A DNA stretch of 64,000 bases from Eledone cirrhosa (GCA_964016885.1 OZ024740.1:297538001-297602000), one strand, 5' to 3'; counted from the first letter of the stretch, positions 1 to 14,607 are shown. Program-made: numbers and translations. The notes: a model not told the origin generated them from the letters alone.

Positions 1-984
1 ATCGGTAGAGGGTCGGACGCCATGCTTTCCAGCATAGTTACGTCCCTTTACGATCTGAGTTCAAATCCCGCCGAGGTTGACTTTGCCTTTCATCCTTACG
101 GGGTCGATAAAATAAAGTACCAGTAATGCACTGGGTAATTGCTGGCCTTGTGCCTAAAGTAGAAACAGTTAATTATATATCTGTATCATATACCATATAT
201 AAATGTGGGAGACTACTGACAGATTATTAATTTATTATGAATTTAACATAAGATTAGGCGGTCAGTCTGAGGAAGGAACCCGCGGGGTGGGGTGGCTGTT
301 GCAGCGGGGGTCGCTGGCCATTGTGTGCTGGAATGCTTTTGCGATATTGTCCACGGGGTGCAGCTTCTTTATAGCTGTGCCCTAGGGGCAGAAACGAATC
401 ATCCTCCCCATTCTTCTGTGATACAAAAGTCCTCGCCACCCTCACCCCCTTTTCCGTTCTTTTCCTTTTTTTTTCTTTTTCTATTAAACTGTATTTACAT
501 GATATATTCCATAAATAAAATATCTGATTTATTTAGAAAACTGGGAAAAGTACTAGTTGAAGTATCCATACATAGTTAAATTTATGTGTTTATGTTATAT
601 GTCTAACTAATACATATTTATCCGATAAACTTCTCAGATATATGGCACGAATAGAATGAAATATCACTGGTTATATATTGTAGTATATATGATTATGGTA
701 AAAAAATATATTAGATAAGATAGCATATTGTATTAATTAAATAAATGTATCATATAATCTATATAAATATTAAATACTAATGATAGATGATTAGATTGTT
801 ATGAATTCAGTATACAATTAAGCACATTTGTCTAGATAATCTCTTATCCTTGAATTATATTGTGTGGGTCTGTGTGTGTGTGTGTGTGTGTGTGTGCGTA
901 TGTGTGTGTGCATGTGTGTGTGCGTGTGTGTGTGTACAATTTATATATATGTTTATTTATATAAACAATATACATATATTGTAT

Positions 985-1016
<32 letters not shown>

Positions 1017-1439
1017 CATACATACATATAGACATACATATTTTTATCAAAAATGTTGACTCCTCTTTACAAAAATAAAAATAAAAATTCAGGTGATCTT
1101 TAGAAATATTTTCACCTGAATTCATAAAAGATTTTCATGTGACTTCAATTAATCCATGTAGTTTTAAATGAAAAGAACCATATATCATCACAAAGGACCA
1201 GCCCTCTACATAAAGAATCGTCTGGCATTATGTCACATGATGTGACTTCATATCAAAATCACGTGATTTACGAAAACAATTTATAGACTTTACACAAAGA
1301 ATGAGGATTTCATATGACATCAACATTGTAAAAATACATCACAAAGCTTGAGAAATGTATTTGTTTACAATATGTTTGTGACTAAAAGAAGAAAGAGTGA
1401 AAATGGAAAAAGAGGGGTGAGAAATGTGGAGATGGTAAA

Positions 1440-1700
1440 CTCTGCACTCTTAAATGGATGGTGTTTATCAGCTGCGCCCCGCGGACAAGATGGTAAAAGT
1501 ATTTCTGCGGTGAAGAGCGTACGATACCCGTGCAATTCCATCTAGTGGAGTTTCTTCCTTGGGCGAAAAGCCGACTTCTCGATTTGACGGAGAAAAACGG
1601 CAGTCCGTGGACCAAGGACATTCTAGAGTTCAACGGCATCGTTGTAAAGTTACCGGTTTCGAATCACCTTTGTAATCGCCTGACCACAGTAATACTTTCA
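1440..1700 (-). mobile_element. CRE-clade-like LINE 3' remnant (another at 255-400 plus)
   Basis: AVEL*NVLGPRTAVFLRQI...ARVSYALHRRNTFTILSAG; the plus copy reads WLLQRGSLAIVCWNAFAILSTG. Confidence 0.6.
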
Positions 1701-1720
1701 GACAGGTATGAAGGTCCCAC

Positions 1721-1734
1721 TTATTTCCCCATAA
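1721..1734 (-). CDS. Candidate terminal coding segment (VMGK-stop)
   Basis: Acceptor acttttgcAG, then an in-frame TAA; the gene could instead continue beyond the window. Confidence 0.35.
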
Positions 1735-2665
1735 CTGCAAAAGTTATTAACATTGTGTCTAAGTCAGAAATAAATATTGTTATGCTGCTAATAGGATTGT
1801 GCAATCAAGAAATAGCATAGCTATAATCATTTCCATCCCTTTAGTTTCTGAGTTCAAATCTTACTGTGGTCAACTATGATGCTTATTTCTCTGGTGGTCA
1901 CAAAATAGATAGAAGAAATACATTTTGATTGATTGATTTAACTAAACACTTTTTTCCTGTTAAAGATATTTCCTGTTTATGTGTCTGCTTCACGAAAACA
2001 GCAGTGACATGTATTTTTATGTCACCTAAAGCAGTATATCTATTGACTTCGAATCAAGGAGTGAGCTTCTATGTAGTCTCATAATTTTCAAGAAACGCCT
2101 GCCAAACCCCATAAAGATAACTGACACATTGAATATTGTTGCATTGAAAAAGATGGTATGAACACGGTTGTAATGTCTTAGATCATAGGTCCTGAAAAGG
2201 ATGGTGTGCTCACAACTGTAATGTCTCTGTAGAGCTGGCCTAGGGCTAAACATCTACAACAACTATCTGTTTAGTTCATTCAGTTCATTTAGTTCATAGT
2301 GCAGCATTCGTATCAAAACAAAAACGCGTCTACCTTGCTTAGACCCAGTGCTACCAAATTGTACTTTAATTGGTTTCTTACTTAATAGGAACCCACAATA
2401 TATATAGAGGACGAAGAATAATTGTATAATGTTGGGTATAGTTCACTGGAAATCATTTGTAGCGTAATTGAAGGAAAACTGCTTCACACGCATGTCAAAA
2501 ACTTTGTCTCCGACTAGGAAGGCCGAAAGATTAACATGAAATATCTCAATAGTATTTTATTTGACCCTTAACTTAAAATGGAAATGTTGAGGCGACGCCT
2601 TGACATACGGCGGCGCAGCAATTTACTCTCCAAGCCCAACATAATTGATTCTTTCCGTCCTCTCT

Positions 2666-2757
<92 letters not shown>

Positions 2758-2936
2758 GAGGGGGAGGGAGAGGGAGAGAGAACCGACTCCCGTCTTATTT
2801 ACCGACCTCGAAAGGAGGAACGACAAAGCTGAGCTCGGTGGGATTTGAACTCAGTGCATTGTTTTTAATCCAACGCCTTAATGACTCTATTTATTTACCG
2901 CCTTACCCATGACATTAATTTAATTCAAAGCCATAC

Positions 2937-3050
2937 CTGTTGTAGGTTCTATAGTTAAATCAGTCCGCCATCTCATTGGCATGTTTATCTTAGCTTCTCC
3001 AGATCTTCCGGGAAAAACATTGAACAGAGGGTCAAAGGTTATTCGTAGCA
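2937..3050 (-). CDS. C-terminal-region exon MLRITFDPLFNVFPGRSGEAKINMPMRWRTDLTIEPTT
   Basis: cattttcAG and CAG|gtatgg; 114 bp, phase 1-1. Confidence 0.7.
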
Positions 3051-4344
3051 CTGAAAATGGATGAGAGAGGATTTTTGATATCAGATGATATACAACACTT
3101 GGATATTGGTAATTTTTAATAGTAGGATGTGTTTGAGAAAGCGAAGTGGGTGTACTTCTGGTACTATATTGCACATAAATGTTGACCGTGTAGTTGCAGG
3201 AAGGATATCGATGGGTGAGAGAGAATGAGAGAGAGGGGGAAGAGAAGAGAGAGAGAATAGGAAGAAGAGAGAGTGAAAGGAAGAGAGAAAGAAGGAGAGA
3301 TAAAAAAGAAAGTGACTGTGGTGTAAAGAGAATAAAGAATTAAAGGACTCGTGTAAAATGGGAAGTTAGGTGAGAAGTACCGTATTTCCCGGCACCGAAG
3401 ACGCTTCGTCATTGAGGATGCACCCTAATTTTGACAACCAAAAATTTGAAAGAAAATAATAAACATCCTTCGGCCTCCAGGACACATGATAGATATTTTA
3501 GACTTATTTTTAAAAATACGACGCCAGGAAATGCGGTATGTAGTGTTAGAAAAACACAGATGGAGACCGTGAAACAGAAACAATACATTTTTTTTATATT
3601 TCTTGGGATACCACAACACAACATGTAGAAGGACTGACACTATCACTGACATCAAACTACACACCTTTCTTAATAATAGAGATACAGCTATGTACTATTA
3701 CCACATTCATCGACATAACCGTTACAAAACTGCTGACTGCACCACTACCATCATACCACATATAATCATTAAAACTAGAAAGACAACATCGCCATCCAAG
3801 TTTGTTGATTTCTTCGTGTTGGGTCCTGGAAATTGGTCACTTAGCTCTGATCTCGATCAGGCGAACTACAACAAACTGAGAACAACTCATACGCAAGAAG
3901 AAAACCATTACATCCATCAACACAACCACTATGCCATCTCTGTTAATACCATTGTCCCCATAACAACAATTGAAAGATCCTACTAAACACACACCAGAAC
4001 AAACCACCAATATCTCCCACGCGCCACAATATGGTCATACAGCACACTTCCACAGCCACAGAACGTATATAACACATCACTATTCCAGCTATCAATACTA
4101 CCCACAGCTCCACTATTAGAACAACATTATCATTACGTACCACCATCACTCCTATCATCACACATCGCTACAATGCTAGCAAAGCTACTACACACTCTTA
4201 CTCCATCCATTCAATCCTTTAATTATATCACTATTACAACATTAAAACAGCAGCAACGTCACTACATATTGCTACCACTACATTCTGGAAATACTAACCA
4301 AGTCTCATATTTCTCTCAAATAACAACCTAACTGTGACACCTTC

Positions 4345-4660
4345 TCTAGTGGCAAACAGGTGCGTTCGACTACCAGCCCAGGCTCTGCTGCCCGCCAAGC
4401 AGAAGAGGGCAAACTCTTCAAGCATCGGCCGCTCACTGATGGGTTTGTGGTAGAGCATGTAGCAATGGAGACTTCCGGCGTTCATGGCCCCCGGACCACA
4501 TCCTTGCGCACTGCTATTGGAGCAGAGTTCGCTGCCCGCAGGTGCGATCCCTGCAAAGTGGAGTGGCTGTTCCAGCGCATCTCTCTCACACTCCTCCGGG
4601 GAAATGTATTCTCCATCCATTCGGCCGGGACCGAGAGGCGGAGGATATGTTAGTTGGAAG
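4345..4660 (+). mobile_element. CRE-clade-like LINE 3' remnant (endonuclease C-terminus)
   Basis: AMETSGVHGPRT...WLFQRISLTLLRGNVFSI. Confidence 0.75.
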
Positions 4661-5196
4661 TAGAGGATGCTCGTTCAGATATCACACATTTTACATAAAC
4701 TTTATATGAAAATTGATAGATTTTTCGTGATTTCATAATCGGCACACACGAATCACGTCTAATACTACACAATATAATCACAGGTACAACTATATCACCA
4801 ACGTTACTACACATTGCCCTCTACTGTACTAGAAAACAAATTGAATACTACTAGCACCTGTAACAGTACTATACTATAATTTTATCATCTGTTTAACTAC
4901 ATCACCGATCATGACATCATCTAAACACTAACCCTACCTTACTTGCTGACAAAAACAACAAAACTACAAAGATATCGCTTCACACCAAAACATTCAAAAC
5001 CACCGTTATCAATAAACACAACACCCATCTACATCATTGAAGAAACCAATGTTTTATGCTACTATACACTTTGGCACTATCACAACCCACTAAATACCAC
5101 CACATGCTACCAGCACCATTTTCAGCCAATACCACACACATCAAACAATGCAATCCACTAACAACACCGCACTATTTCACCGCGCACTATACTTAC

Positions 5197-5379
5197 TGTC
5201 ATAGAGACACTTGATAGATCTACCGTCCCATATCGTGTTTACTGGACACTGGAGAAGCACAAGCGAACCGTGTCGACATTGATAGAACTGAATAAGTGAG
5301 TTTAACTTCGGGTAGAAATAGTCTTTTATGCAAGGTGTACATTGTGTGTTGTCCGTATCACTGATACACAAAGTGGTTT
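5197..5379 (-). CDS. Chitin-binding module 5
   Basis: TTLCISDTDNTQCTPCIKDYFYPKLNSLIQFYQCRHGSLVLLQCPVNTIWDGRSIKCLYD; ttttcacAG and gtaagt; 183 bp, phase 1-1. Confidence 0.9.
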
Positions 5380-6803
5380 CTGTGAAAAGGAAAGAGAAAC
5401 TAAGAATCAGTTAACCGTATTACTGAAATAAAACGACATTATATATATACGATAGTGTGAAAATATATGTAACATAGACGATTTGGTATAACAACAAGCT
5501 GTATGGATAAAAAATTTGCTTGGCAATCACATGGCTCGATCACACTGAAGCGTATCCTGGAGAAGTATCTCCTACCATAAGCCCTATTTGAGTTACTGGT
5601 ACTTTATTTTATCGACCCCTTAAAGATGAAAGACAAAGCTAATCTCGGCGGGATTTAAAATCAGAACGTAAAGGACCGTAACTTTATGCCGCGAAACATG
5701 GTGTCCGGCGCTCTATGGATACTGCCAATCCTCGACCCTTATCTAGACTCTAATAATAATTTCTACTATAGGCACAAGGCCAGCAATTTTGGGGGAGAGG
5801 CAAGTCGATTAAATTGACCCCAGTGCATTACTGGTGCTTTATTTTATCGACCGCGTAAGGATGGATTTGAACTCAGATCATAAAGGGGCGTAACTCTATG
5901 CTGCAAAGCATGGTGTCCGACGCTCTATGGATACTGCTAATCTACTAGCCTTATGAAGATGTGTTTCTTAGTTAAAAACAAGCCTCTTTTTTATAGTTTA
6001 GGGAATAGAAAATACATATGATACATACAATTACTTGTCAATATTGTCTAAGTGAATAGAAAAACGTCAATTTCAGAATTTAGTCGAAAATTCCATCGTA
6101 TGTTAAAAGCAAAGTAAACCATAGATTATATAAAATTTATTATTTTCATATATAATTCATATATTTTACAATTATTATTATCGATTTTGAATTATTCAAT
6201 TTTATTCATCAATATATGATTAATGCAAACATACATAGCTAAAATGAGAAATTCAAATTTGTTCAAAGACCTGATCTATCAGAAGTGTTTATTCAATTTG
6301 TGGGTGTTATAAATATGCTAAGTATTGTCACGGGTTGTACAAGAGATAAATATATGTTAAGTAGGGACCATCAATACCCTTGAGAAAGTTTTTACCATCA
6401 TCCATTTTCTTTACCTTCGAAACAACAGAACCTCAGGACCACTTCGAAAATAATTAGTTATACTGAGCAAAATTTGTTTTTGCTTTAACGAGGTGGATAT
6501 CTAAATATATTCGTGAGTGAATAATAATAATTGTTTCTACTTTTGGCACAAGGCCAACAATTATCTCAGTACATTACTGGTACTTCATTTTATCAACCCC
6601 CGTAAGGATGAAAGGCAAAGTTAACCTCGGCGGGAGTTGAACTCAAACAGTAAAGGGCCGTAACTCCATGTTGCAAAGCATGGTGTCCGACCCTCTACCG
6701 ATACTGCCAATTATATGCAAATTAGGCTAATCAGCCGATGTATACATCTGAGAAAACTATATATTCTCAGCAGTTCCAACGAGTAACAGCAACGAGAATA
6801 CAT

Positions 6804-6843
6804 AGTCTCGATAAAGAGCACAACTCTGAAATAATTGTCGACT
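6804..6843 (+). ncRNA. Degenerate minimal hammerhead (core TCGATAA)
   Basis: agtc-TCGATAA-agag cacaa ctct-GAAA-taattg-TC-gact. Confidence 0.5.
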
Positions 6844-7374
6844 GTTTTCTCTCAACTACCGCTGGAGCAAAAGAATGACGTTGGTTATCTAGAAAACAAA
6901 TATGGTGTTAATGAGGATGTTTGCTTGTAAACAAACGAATATTAATATTATAATACTATTATTATTCACTCACGAATACATATATTGGGCAAGTTTCCTA
7001 TTTATAACAACTAAAATTCATCTTAGTATTCATCACTTAGTATTTATGCTTATGAATATAATAATTTTCGATTTTTTTTGTCATATGAAACATTTTTGTT
7101 TTGGAATGTTATTTTATCCTTCTTTCAATAACATAAAGTTCTTGGGCAGAAAATTATAAATTTATAGCAAATGAGAATGGGATTTATAACGTTCGTACTT
7201 ATTTCAATCGTTTTTTATCTTTGATGGGAATTGTCTTTAAACAAGGATTTGAACCCGGAATCTGTGACTTTCGGCAAAAACAAAATCTACTTCAATTCAC
7301 AAAACATGTATTCGATGCGACGCTAACCACAGATAACCAAACGCATCACATTCTAGATATCTTTATTTATATAC

Positions 7375-7475
<101 letters not shown>

Positions 7476-7921
7476 GTGCGTGTGTGTGTGTGCATGCGTG
7501 TGTGCGTGCGTGCGTGCGTGTTGTGTTTTCGCTACAGATTTCAACCTGTATAGATTTGCACTGAACTTCAAGTGCATCAACCTAATCACCCTGCGAGGTG
7601 GGCTGTCAAAGGTTAAGAGTAGTGTTACTTTCTCCCTGACCAGGCAATAGCAAAAGATCCAGGCCAGAGTAACATGGTTTGTCTGGATGTTAGATTTTGC
7701 ACTACGATACTCATGTAAACATTTGATATAGATATGTTCATGCCTTACCATTGGGGTTGACTGCTGCCATCTTTGGTAAATTAGGTGACGTTACAGGCAC
7801 AAACACGTTATTTTCTGGAATATACAATATATGCATATGTAGTACAAAATATGAATAAACATGCTTCTTCAAACAGTAAAGATACAATCTCTGATTCTCT
7901 ATTTCTTTTCAAATCTCTCTG

Positions 7922-7958
<37 letters not shown>

Positions 7959-8645
7959 CGAAGGAAATGTGGTAAGGAACCAGGTGGACCATAACGCACC
8001 AAAGTACTCAATACTTGAGGTAGTAGAGTGGGTAATAGGAACCAGTAAGACCCCGACAGCTGAGGCTCAAGCCGTTTCGACGGCTAATTCTGGACTCAAG
8101 AATTAGCCGTCGAAACGGCTTGAGCTCAGCTGTCGGGGTCTTACTGGTTCCTATATATATATATATATATATAATATATATATATATATATAATATATAT
8201 ATATATATAAGGTTGTCTCTTAAGCCAGAAGGCTCATTTGGTCGGTGCTTATCCTGGTTTCATGGCGTGAAGCGACTGAGAGTACAAGACTCCCTCTGGA
8301 CAGGACGTCAGGTCCATCGCAGGGTTAAATCTCCAGCTATTGCTGAGTATACTGGAGCAACGTGAAATGAAGTTCTTTTCCCAAGAACACAACACGCAAC
8401 CCAGGAATCGAAACCACGTCATTATTCTCATGTATACATAGCCAATTCCTAAGTTCAGCGAGATAGTTGGCGTATTACCAAATTTGATGCATCTGCTTTT
8501 AGAAGTAAAAAGGAACGGAACCTTAAATCCTGATTCAGTCGTAGGGGCGCCGTTCTGAAAGACGGTGTGTCGTGGGAATTTAACACCCACAGCTTTTATA
8601 CACCTCAAAATCTGAACACAGCTGATTTCTTCTTCTTCTTCTTCT

Positions 8646-8699
<54 letters not shown>

Positions 8700-8701
8700 G
8701 A

Positions 8702-8845
<144 letters not shown>

Positions 8846-9042
8846 TGTTAAAAGAAAGATAGAATAGACCTCAACGCTCTGAGCACTTTATCTATTAACC
8901 CCAAAAGAGTGAAAGTAAATTTAACCTTGGCGGGATTTCAACTCAGAGCATTGTGAGCCTGAGGAAATCCGAGGCTCTAACGCCTCAGTCAACTTGAGCA
9001 ACTTCAGTCCGCTTATGGAGGAAATCAATAAGCAAAACTCAC

Positions 9043-9128
9043 CATTTGTCACTGAATCGTTTGCTCCTGTGCGTGTGTGACTGGGATACCTGGGTATCCT
9101 GGGATATTCTGTGACCAAATATAATTTG
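9043..9128 (-). CDS. Linker exon (86 bp; NYIWSQNIPGYPGIPVT.../...RTGANDSVTN), 1 nt short of symmetric phase
   Basis: Strong acceptor ttctttttcAG and donor G|gtgagt; needs either one extra base or a phase 1-to-2 micro-exon upstream. Confidence 0.65.
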
Positions 9129-9495
9129 CTGAAAAAGAAATAAATATGTATATAATCAATTATTAAATTGTAGTAACTCTAAACTATAAAAAAGAAGGAA
9201 ACAAAATATTAACCAATGACTGCAGCCTTTGGGATGGAATGATAAAGGAATGATAAAGGAATGATAAAGGAATGATAATAATCATCTTAGCAACCACTCA
9301 TGAGCAAATGACGAAACTTCTAAGCCTTTGCTAGTAATAGCATCCTAGTCCTCCTACTATATTATGAAAGGGAAAGTCATATTGATGTAGTCAAAGACAC
9401 CATTTAAAAAGAATATATAAAACTAAGCGGTAATATATCAGCTAATACCAAGAAGAATATAGCAATGAAGCTAGAGGAGATTAAACTACATTTCA

Positions 9496-9583
<88 letters not shown>

Positions 9584-9642
9584 TTATACGCGTGTGTGTG
9601 TGTGCGCGCGTTGTGCGTGTGCGTGTGTGTGTGTGTGTGTAT

Positions 9643-9730
9643 TGCGTCTGATGAGAAATCGAGCCAAAAGTCGAGCTATTGTAACCGAATATGATTATGC
9701 GCTGGTCATTTGCGAAACACGTGTTACGCA
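9643..9730 (+). ncRNA. Type I hammerhead ribozyme
   Basis: tgcgt-CTGATGA-gaaat...atttgc-GAAAC-acgt-GTT-acgca; 5-bp stem I, palindromic stem III. Confidence 0.7.
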
Positions 9731-10330
9731 CGATTACGAATAAAATATGTTGAACTGAAACTTCAAACTCTTTCTTAATATAAACACTGAATATTTAAAC
9801 CAATAACAAACATATATCGATGTTAATCCACACTTTTAAACACTGAATATCTAATTCACGTAAAAACACATGCGGATGAAACAAATACCACCTGTAGTAA
9901 TTAGTATAGCTTAGCAAACAGTTTTCATGTATTCTGTGAGCAGTTCGAATATATTTCAAATGCAGAAACTAACTGCAATTACAGTTAGTTCGATTCTTCG
10001 TAGTAATCACTAGCAGCATATTTATACATCTTCTATAAATTTATTTTTTCAACATTTCGTAACTTCGAATGTTCGATCTTCACACACGCTGTTTGTTTAC
10101 ATTTTCAAAAAGCTTAATTTAAACAGTATATGTTATCAGAAGGTCTCTTAGCTCAATGGTGGAAAGCTCTAACAAATACGATGTTCAATCCTTGTAGCGG
10201 CCGATGAAACATCTTTTTTCCGTCTCTAAGGGTTTTTATCTGATTTTTATAAACTATTTTATAGCAACTGACTGTAATCACAGTTATTTCTGCACTTGAA
10301 CATGCCACATATCTTTCTCCCACTCTCTAC

Positions 10331-10374
<44 letters not shown>

Positions 10375-10760
10375 GTAGAACACTGGAAGGTAATATCCGT
10401 AGTGGTAGAGCACTCAGTCCATCGGACGAGTTAGGTAGAAGTGGTTACACAACAGTTAGTTCACCATACCGAGAACAATTGTTTTACCTTAGCGGATCCT
10501 CAGCTCGTAATGGGCATGATTATAGGAGAAATGAATTGTTCACCACGTTGTCCACACGTCACCAAACACCTATTACATAACTAAAAAGCTCCGGATTGAA
10601 TCATTGTAATTTTCTTATCAACTAAAAACTTTTCGGACTTTCGCAGTTATCTCCCTTACACCTCTCGCACGCATTCTAGTATTGCCTGTGTGAAGTGACC
10701 GGTTTCTGCGCATGCGCGTTCGTACGGTTATCCTTCCTGTTCCTATAACCATGCGCATTA

Positions 10761-10798
10761 CGAGCTGAGGATCCGCTAAGGTGAAACAATTGTTCTCG
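10761..10798 (+). ncRNA. Minimal type I hammerhead in the inverted-repeat element 10435-10832
   Basis: cgag-CTGAGGA-tccgctaaggt-GAAAC-aatt-GTT-ctcg; the inverted copy near 10470-10507 has GAAA changed to AAAA. Confidence 0.7.
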
Positions 10799-11473
10799 GT
10801 ATGGTGAACTAACTGTTGTGTAACCACTTCTATATATATATATATTTTTATTTTATTTTATAGAAGGAACTTCTACAGGACTAGTACTGTTTCATTCAGA
10901 TGAAATCTTCAGGAAAACAGTACTAGTCCTGTAGAAGCTCCTTCTATAAAATAAAAAAATGTTTACTCTGCCATGTATTGAGTACGTTACTTACTGTGGT
11001 TATCCCCGACTCAACCCGGGACCTACGTATATATATATAATATATATTAGTATTGGTGCTCTGAATTAGCGATGTATATGAATGTATGTATAGTATATTT
11101 GATAAATACTGTATCTTTAATTTAAAACATTTTGAAGACCATTCGCTATGAATTTTCAAGTAGTGAGACTGTACTTAAAACCGAATGTCGCAGCACACAA
11201 CAGATAGCGATTTTTAGACACACAGGACAAATGAAACATTTGTTATTACTTGGAATATACCCCTACTGTATAGCCGATCCGTGTTATTCCTCACTCCTTT
11301 ATTATTAATACTTCTGGAACCGCTTACTTAGGAAACTGTCTGGAATCTGCCACCCAAACACCACAACAAAGTAAACATCTTGTTGAGTCAAACAACGCCG
11401 AACGTTAGAACTATCTTGATACAGAGTACTCATAACCTCTGCTTGGATTGTTTTAAACGATACCTCGTTAACT

Positions 11474-11581
<108 letters not shown>

Positions 11582-11656
11582 CGCCTATATAAAAAAAATA
11601 TGTCTATGAGTGTGTTCGTAAATATATGTGAATGACATCTATATCTGGTAACTTAC

Positions 11657-11839
11657 ATTCATAAACACAGCTTACTAATTGCCGATTCCAAACTGTCTGA
11701 TCTGGACACTCTAATACATAGAGTACTCCATAGTTACAATGGTAGAACAGTTTGTTGGATCCCACTTTTGAATAGTATGAATACTTTCCACAGGGACGAC
11801 ACTGCGGATTTGTCACTCCGAATACACAGAATTCTGTGG
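11657..11839 (-). CDS. Chitin-binding module 4
   Basis: [60 protein letters not shown]; ctttgcAG and gtaagt; 183 bp, phase 1-1. Confidence 0.9.
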
Positions 11840-11959
11840 CTGCAAAGATATTAGAAAATACATAAGTTTATTTAATGCATATATACATACAAAAATACAT
11901 ACATATGTACGTACATACATATTTCCTTGAAAAAAAAAAAGAATATATATATATATGTG

Positions 11960-11993
<34 letters not shown>

Positions 11994-12108
11994 TATATAT
12001 ATATATATAGAGAGATATATATATATATAGAGAGATATATATATATATAGATATATATATATATATATAGAGATATATATATATATATATATATATAATT
12101 GTATATAT

Positions 12109-12165
<57 letters not shown>

Positions 12166-12188
12166 TATATATAGATATATAGATATAT

Positions 12189-12227
<39 letters not shown>

Positions 12228-12276
12228 TATATATATATATATAGATATATATATATATATAGATATATATATATAT

Positions 12277-12309
<33 letters not shown>

Positions 12310-12358
12310 TATATATATAGATATATATATATATATATATATATATAGATATATATAT

Positions 12359-12391
<33 letters not shown>

Positions 12392-12510
12392 TATAGATAT
12401 ATATATAGATATATATATATATATATATAGATATAGATATATATATAGATATATATATATATATATATATATATAGATATATATATATATATATATATAG
12501 ATATAGATAT

Positions 12511-14397
12511 ATTATGAAGAGAGAAGAAACATTTAGATATAATTAGTAATAAAATGTATCATACCTAAACTATTCCTAAATTCCTCGACTACGTAGTTTC
12601 GTGGCATAAAGAAAAACAATATATCAAAGATATAGAGTCCTTGCGAGGTCTGCCGACTTATCAAGAGGATACCTCATTTTCCTAGTCTCAAGAACGCGTC
12701 TACACGACGTGAGAAAGAATCCCAAAAGGCGGAGCGGGAGATAGTCACGCGATATAACGGTCGAGAAACAGAGCTAAGCCTCTTATAACCACGAAGAAAA
12801 TACCACGGAGGCGGAGGGGGTATTCATATCGAGGCCGCAGAAGAGGTAGTGAAGAAGGCGAGAAGTATGAGTAATGGAAGCTTTCAGTTGTCCCCACACC
12901 TCAAAGATTGCTCGACCAGAGGGAGTTATTAATATATTTAGAAACACACAAATACATGCGGGGACACACATATATACATGAATGCATCCGCCACCCAACT
13001 GTGAGTTAAGGGTGCCAACTTCACCGATGTTGCTCAATGAATGACCGGGACAGACCAATTCAGTTTGAACTAGACTGAACCAGTATCAGAGTTAAAATAC
13101 ATTATGAAGAGCAGAAGAAACATTTAGATATAATTAGTAATAAAATGTATCATACCTAAACTGTTCCTAAATTCCTCGACTACGTAGTTTCGTGGCATAA
13201 ACAAAAACAATATATCAAAGATATAGAGTCCTTGCGAGGTCTGCCGACTTATCAAGAGGATACCTCATTTTCCTAGTCTCAAGAACGCGTCTACACGACG
13301 TGAGAAAGAATCCCAAAAGGCGGAGGGGAGATAGTCACGCGATATACGGTCGAGAAACAGAGCTAAGATATAGATGAGGAATTTAGGAACAGTTTAGGTA
13401 TGATACATTTTATTACTAATTATATCTAAATGTTTCTTCTCTCTTCATAATGTATTCTCGCCTTCTTCACTACCTCTTCTACGCCTCGATATGAATACCC
13501 CCTCCGCCTCCGTGGTATTTTTCGTGGTTATAAGAGGCTTAGCTCTGTTTCTCGACCGTTATATCGCGTGACTATCTCCCCTCCGCCTTTTGGGATTCTT
13601 TCTCACGTCGTGTAGACGCGTTCTTGAGACTAGTAAAATGAGGTATCCTCTTGATAAGTCGGCAGACCTCGCAAGGACTCTATATCTTTGATATATTGTT
13701 TTTGTTTATGCCACGAAACTACGTAGTCGAGAATTTAGGAACAGTTTGGGTATGATACATTTTATTACTAATTATATCTAAATGTTTCTTCTCTCTTCAT
13801 AATGTATTTTTAACTCTGATACTGGTTCAGTCTGGTTCAAACTGAATTGGTCTGTCCCAGTCATTCATTGAGCAACATCGGTGAAGTTGGCACCCTTAAC
13901 TCACAGTTGGGTGCGGATGCATTCATGTATATATGTGTGTGTCCGCATGTATCTGTGTGTTTCTAAATGTATTAATAACTCCCTCTGGTCGAGCAATCTT
14001 TGAGGTGTGGGGACAACTGGAAAGCTTCCATTACTCATACTTCTCGCCTTCTTCACTACCTCTTCTACGGCCTCGATATGAATACCCCCTCCGCCTCCGT
14101 GGTATTTTTTTCGTGGTTATAAGAGGCTTAGCTCTGTTTCTCGACCGTTATATCGCGTGACTATCTCCCCCTCCGCCTTTTGGGATTCTTTCTCACGTCG
14201 TGTAGACGCGTTCTTGAGACTAGTAAAATGAGGTATCGTCTTGATAAGTCGGCAGACCTCGCAAGGACTCTATATCTTTGATATATTGTTTTTGTTTATG
14301 CCACGAAACTACGTAGTCGAGGAATTTAGGAACAGTTTGGGTATGATACATTTTATTACTAATTATATCTAAATGTTTCTTCTCTCTTCATAATGTA
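12511..14397. mobile_element. Tandem plus inverted ~590-bp hammerhead-carrying element (Penelope pLTR or non-LTR retrozyme-like) in a (TA)n tract
   Basis: Unit starts at 12511 and 13101 (minus sense), with mirrored copies from ~13376 to 14397; one hammerhead per unit; (TA)n/(TAGA)n on both sides. Confidence 0.75.
13173..13260 (-). ncRNA. Type I hammerhead ribozyme with variant core UUGAUAA (copies 12582-12669 minus, 13646-13733 plus, 14236-14323 plus)
   Basis: tcctc-TTGATAA-gtcggca...tgccac-GAAAC-tacgta-GTC-gagga: stems I, II and palindromic III, GUC cleavage triplet. Confidence 0.75.
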
Positions 14398-14398
14398 T

Positions 14399-14459
<61 letters not shown>

Positions 14460-14525
14460 TATATATAGATATATATATAGATTATATATATATATAGATA
14501 TAGATATATATAGATATATATATAT

Positions 14526-14560
<35 letters not shown>

Positions 14561-14607
14561 TATATATATAGATATATAGATAGATATATATATATATAGA
14601 TATATAG

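Noticed and set aside
2937-3050. Start of a Pif/BMSP-type LamG domain
   Set aside because: No further LamG-like exons are visible, and the next good acceptor leads to a stop.
7955-8155. Hairpin family at 7955, 18333, 49000 and 49340 as a ribozyme
   Set aside because: Only a GAAAC half is present; these are likely truncated pLTR fragments.
10861-10945. Hammerhead-like cores in the family at 10861, 47985, 50375 and 56290
   Set aside because: CTGANGA-like and GAAAC...GTC motifs are present, but stem I does not pair or the core is mutated; not counted as ribozymes.
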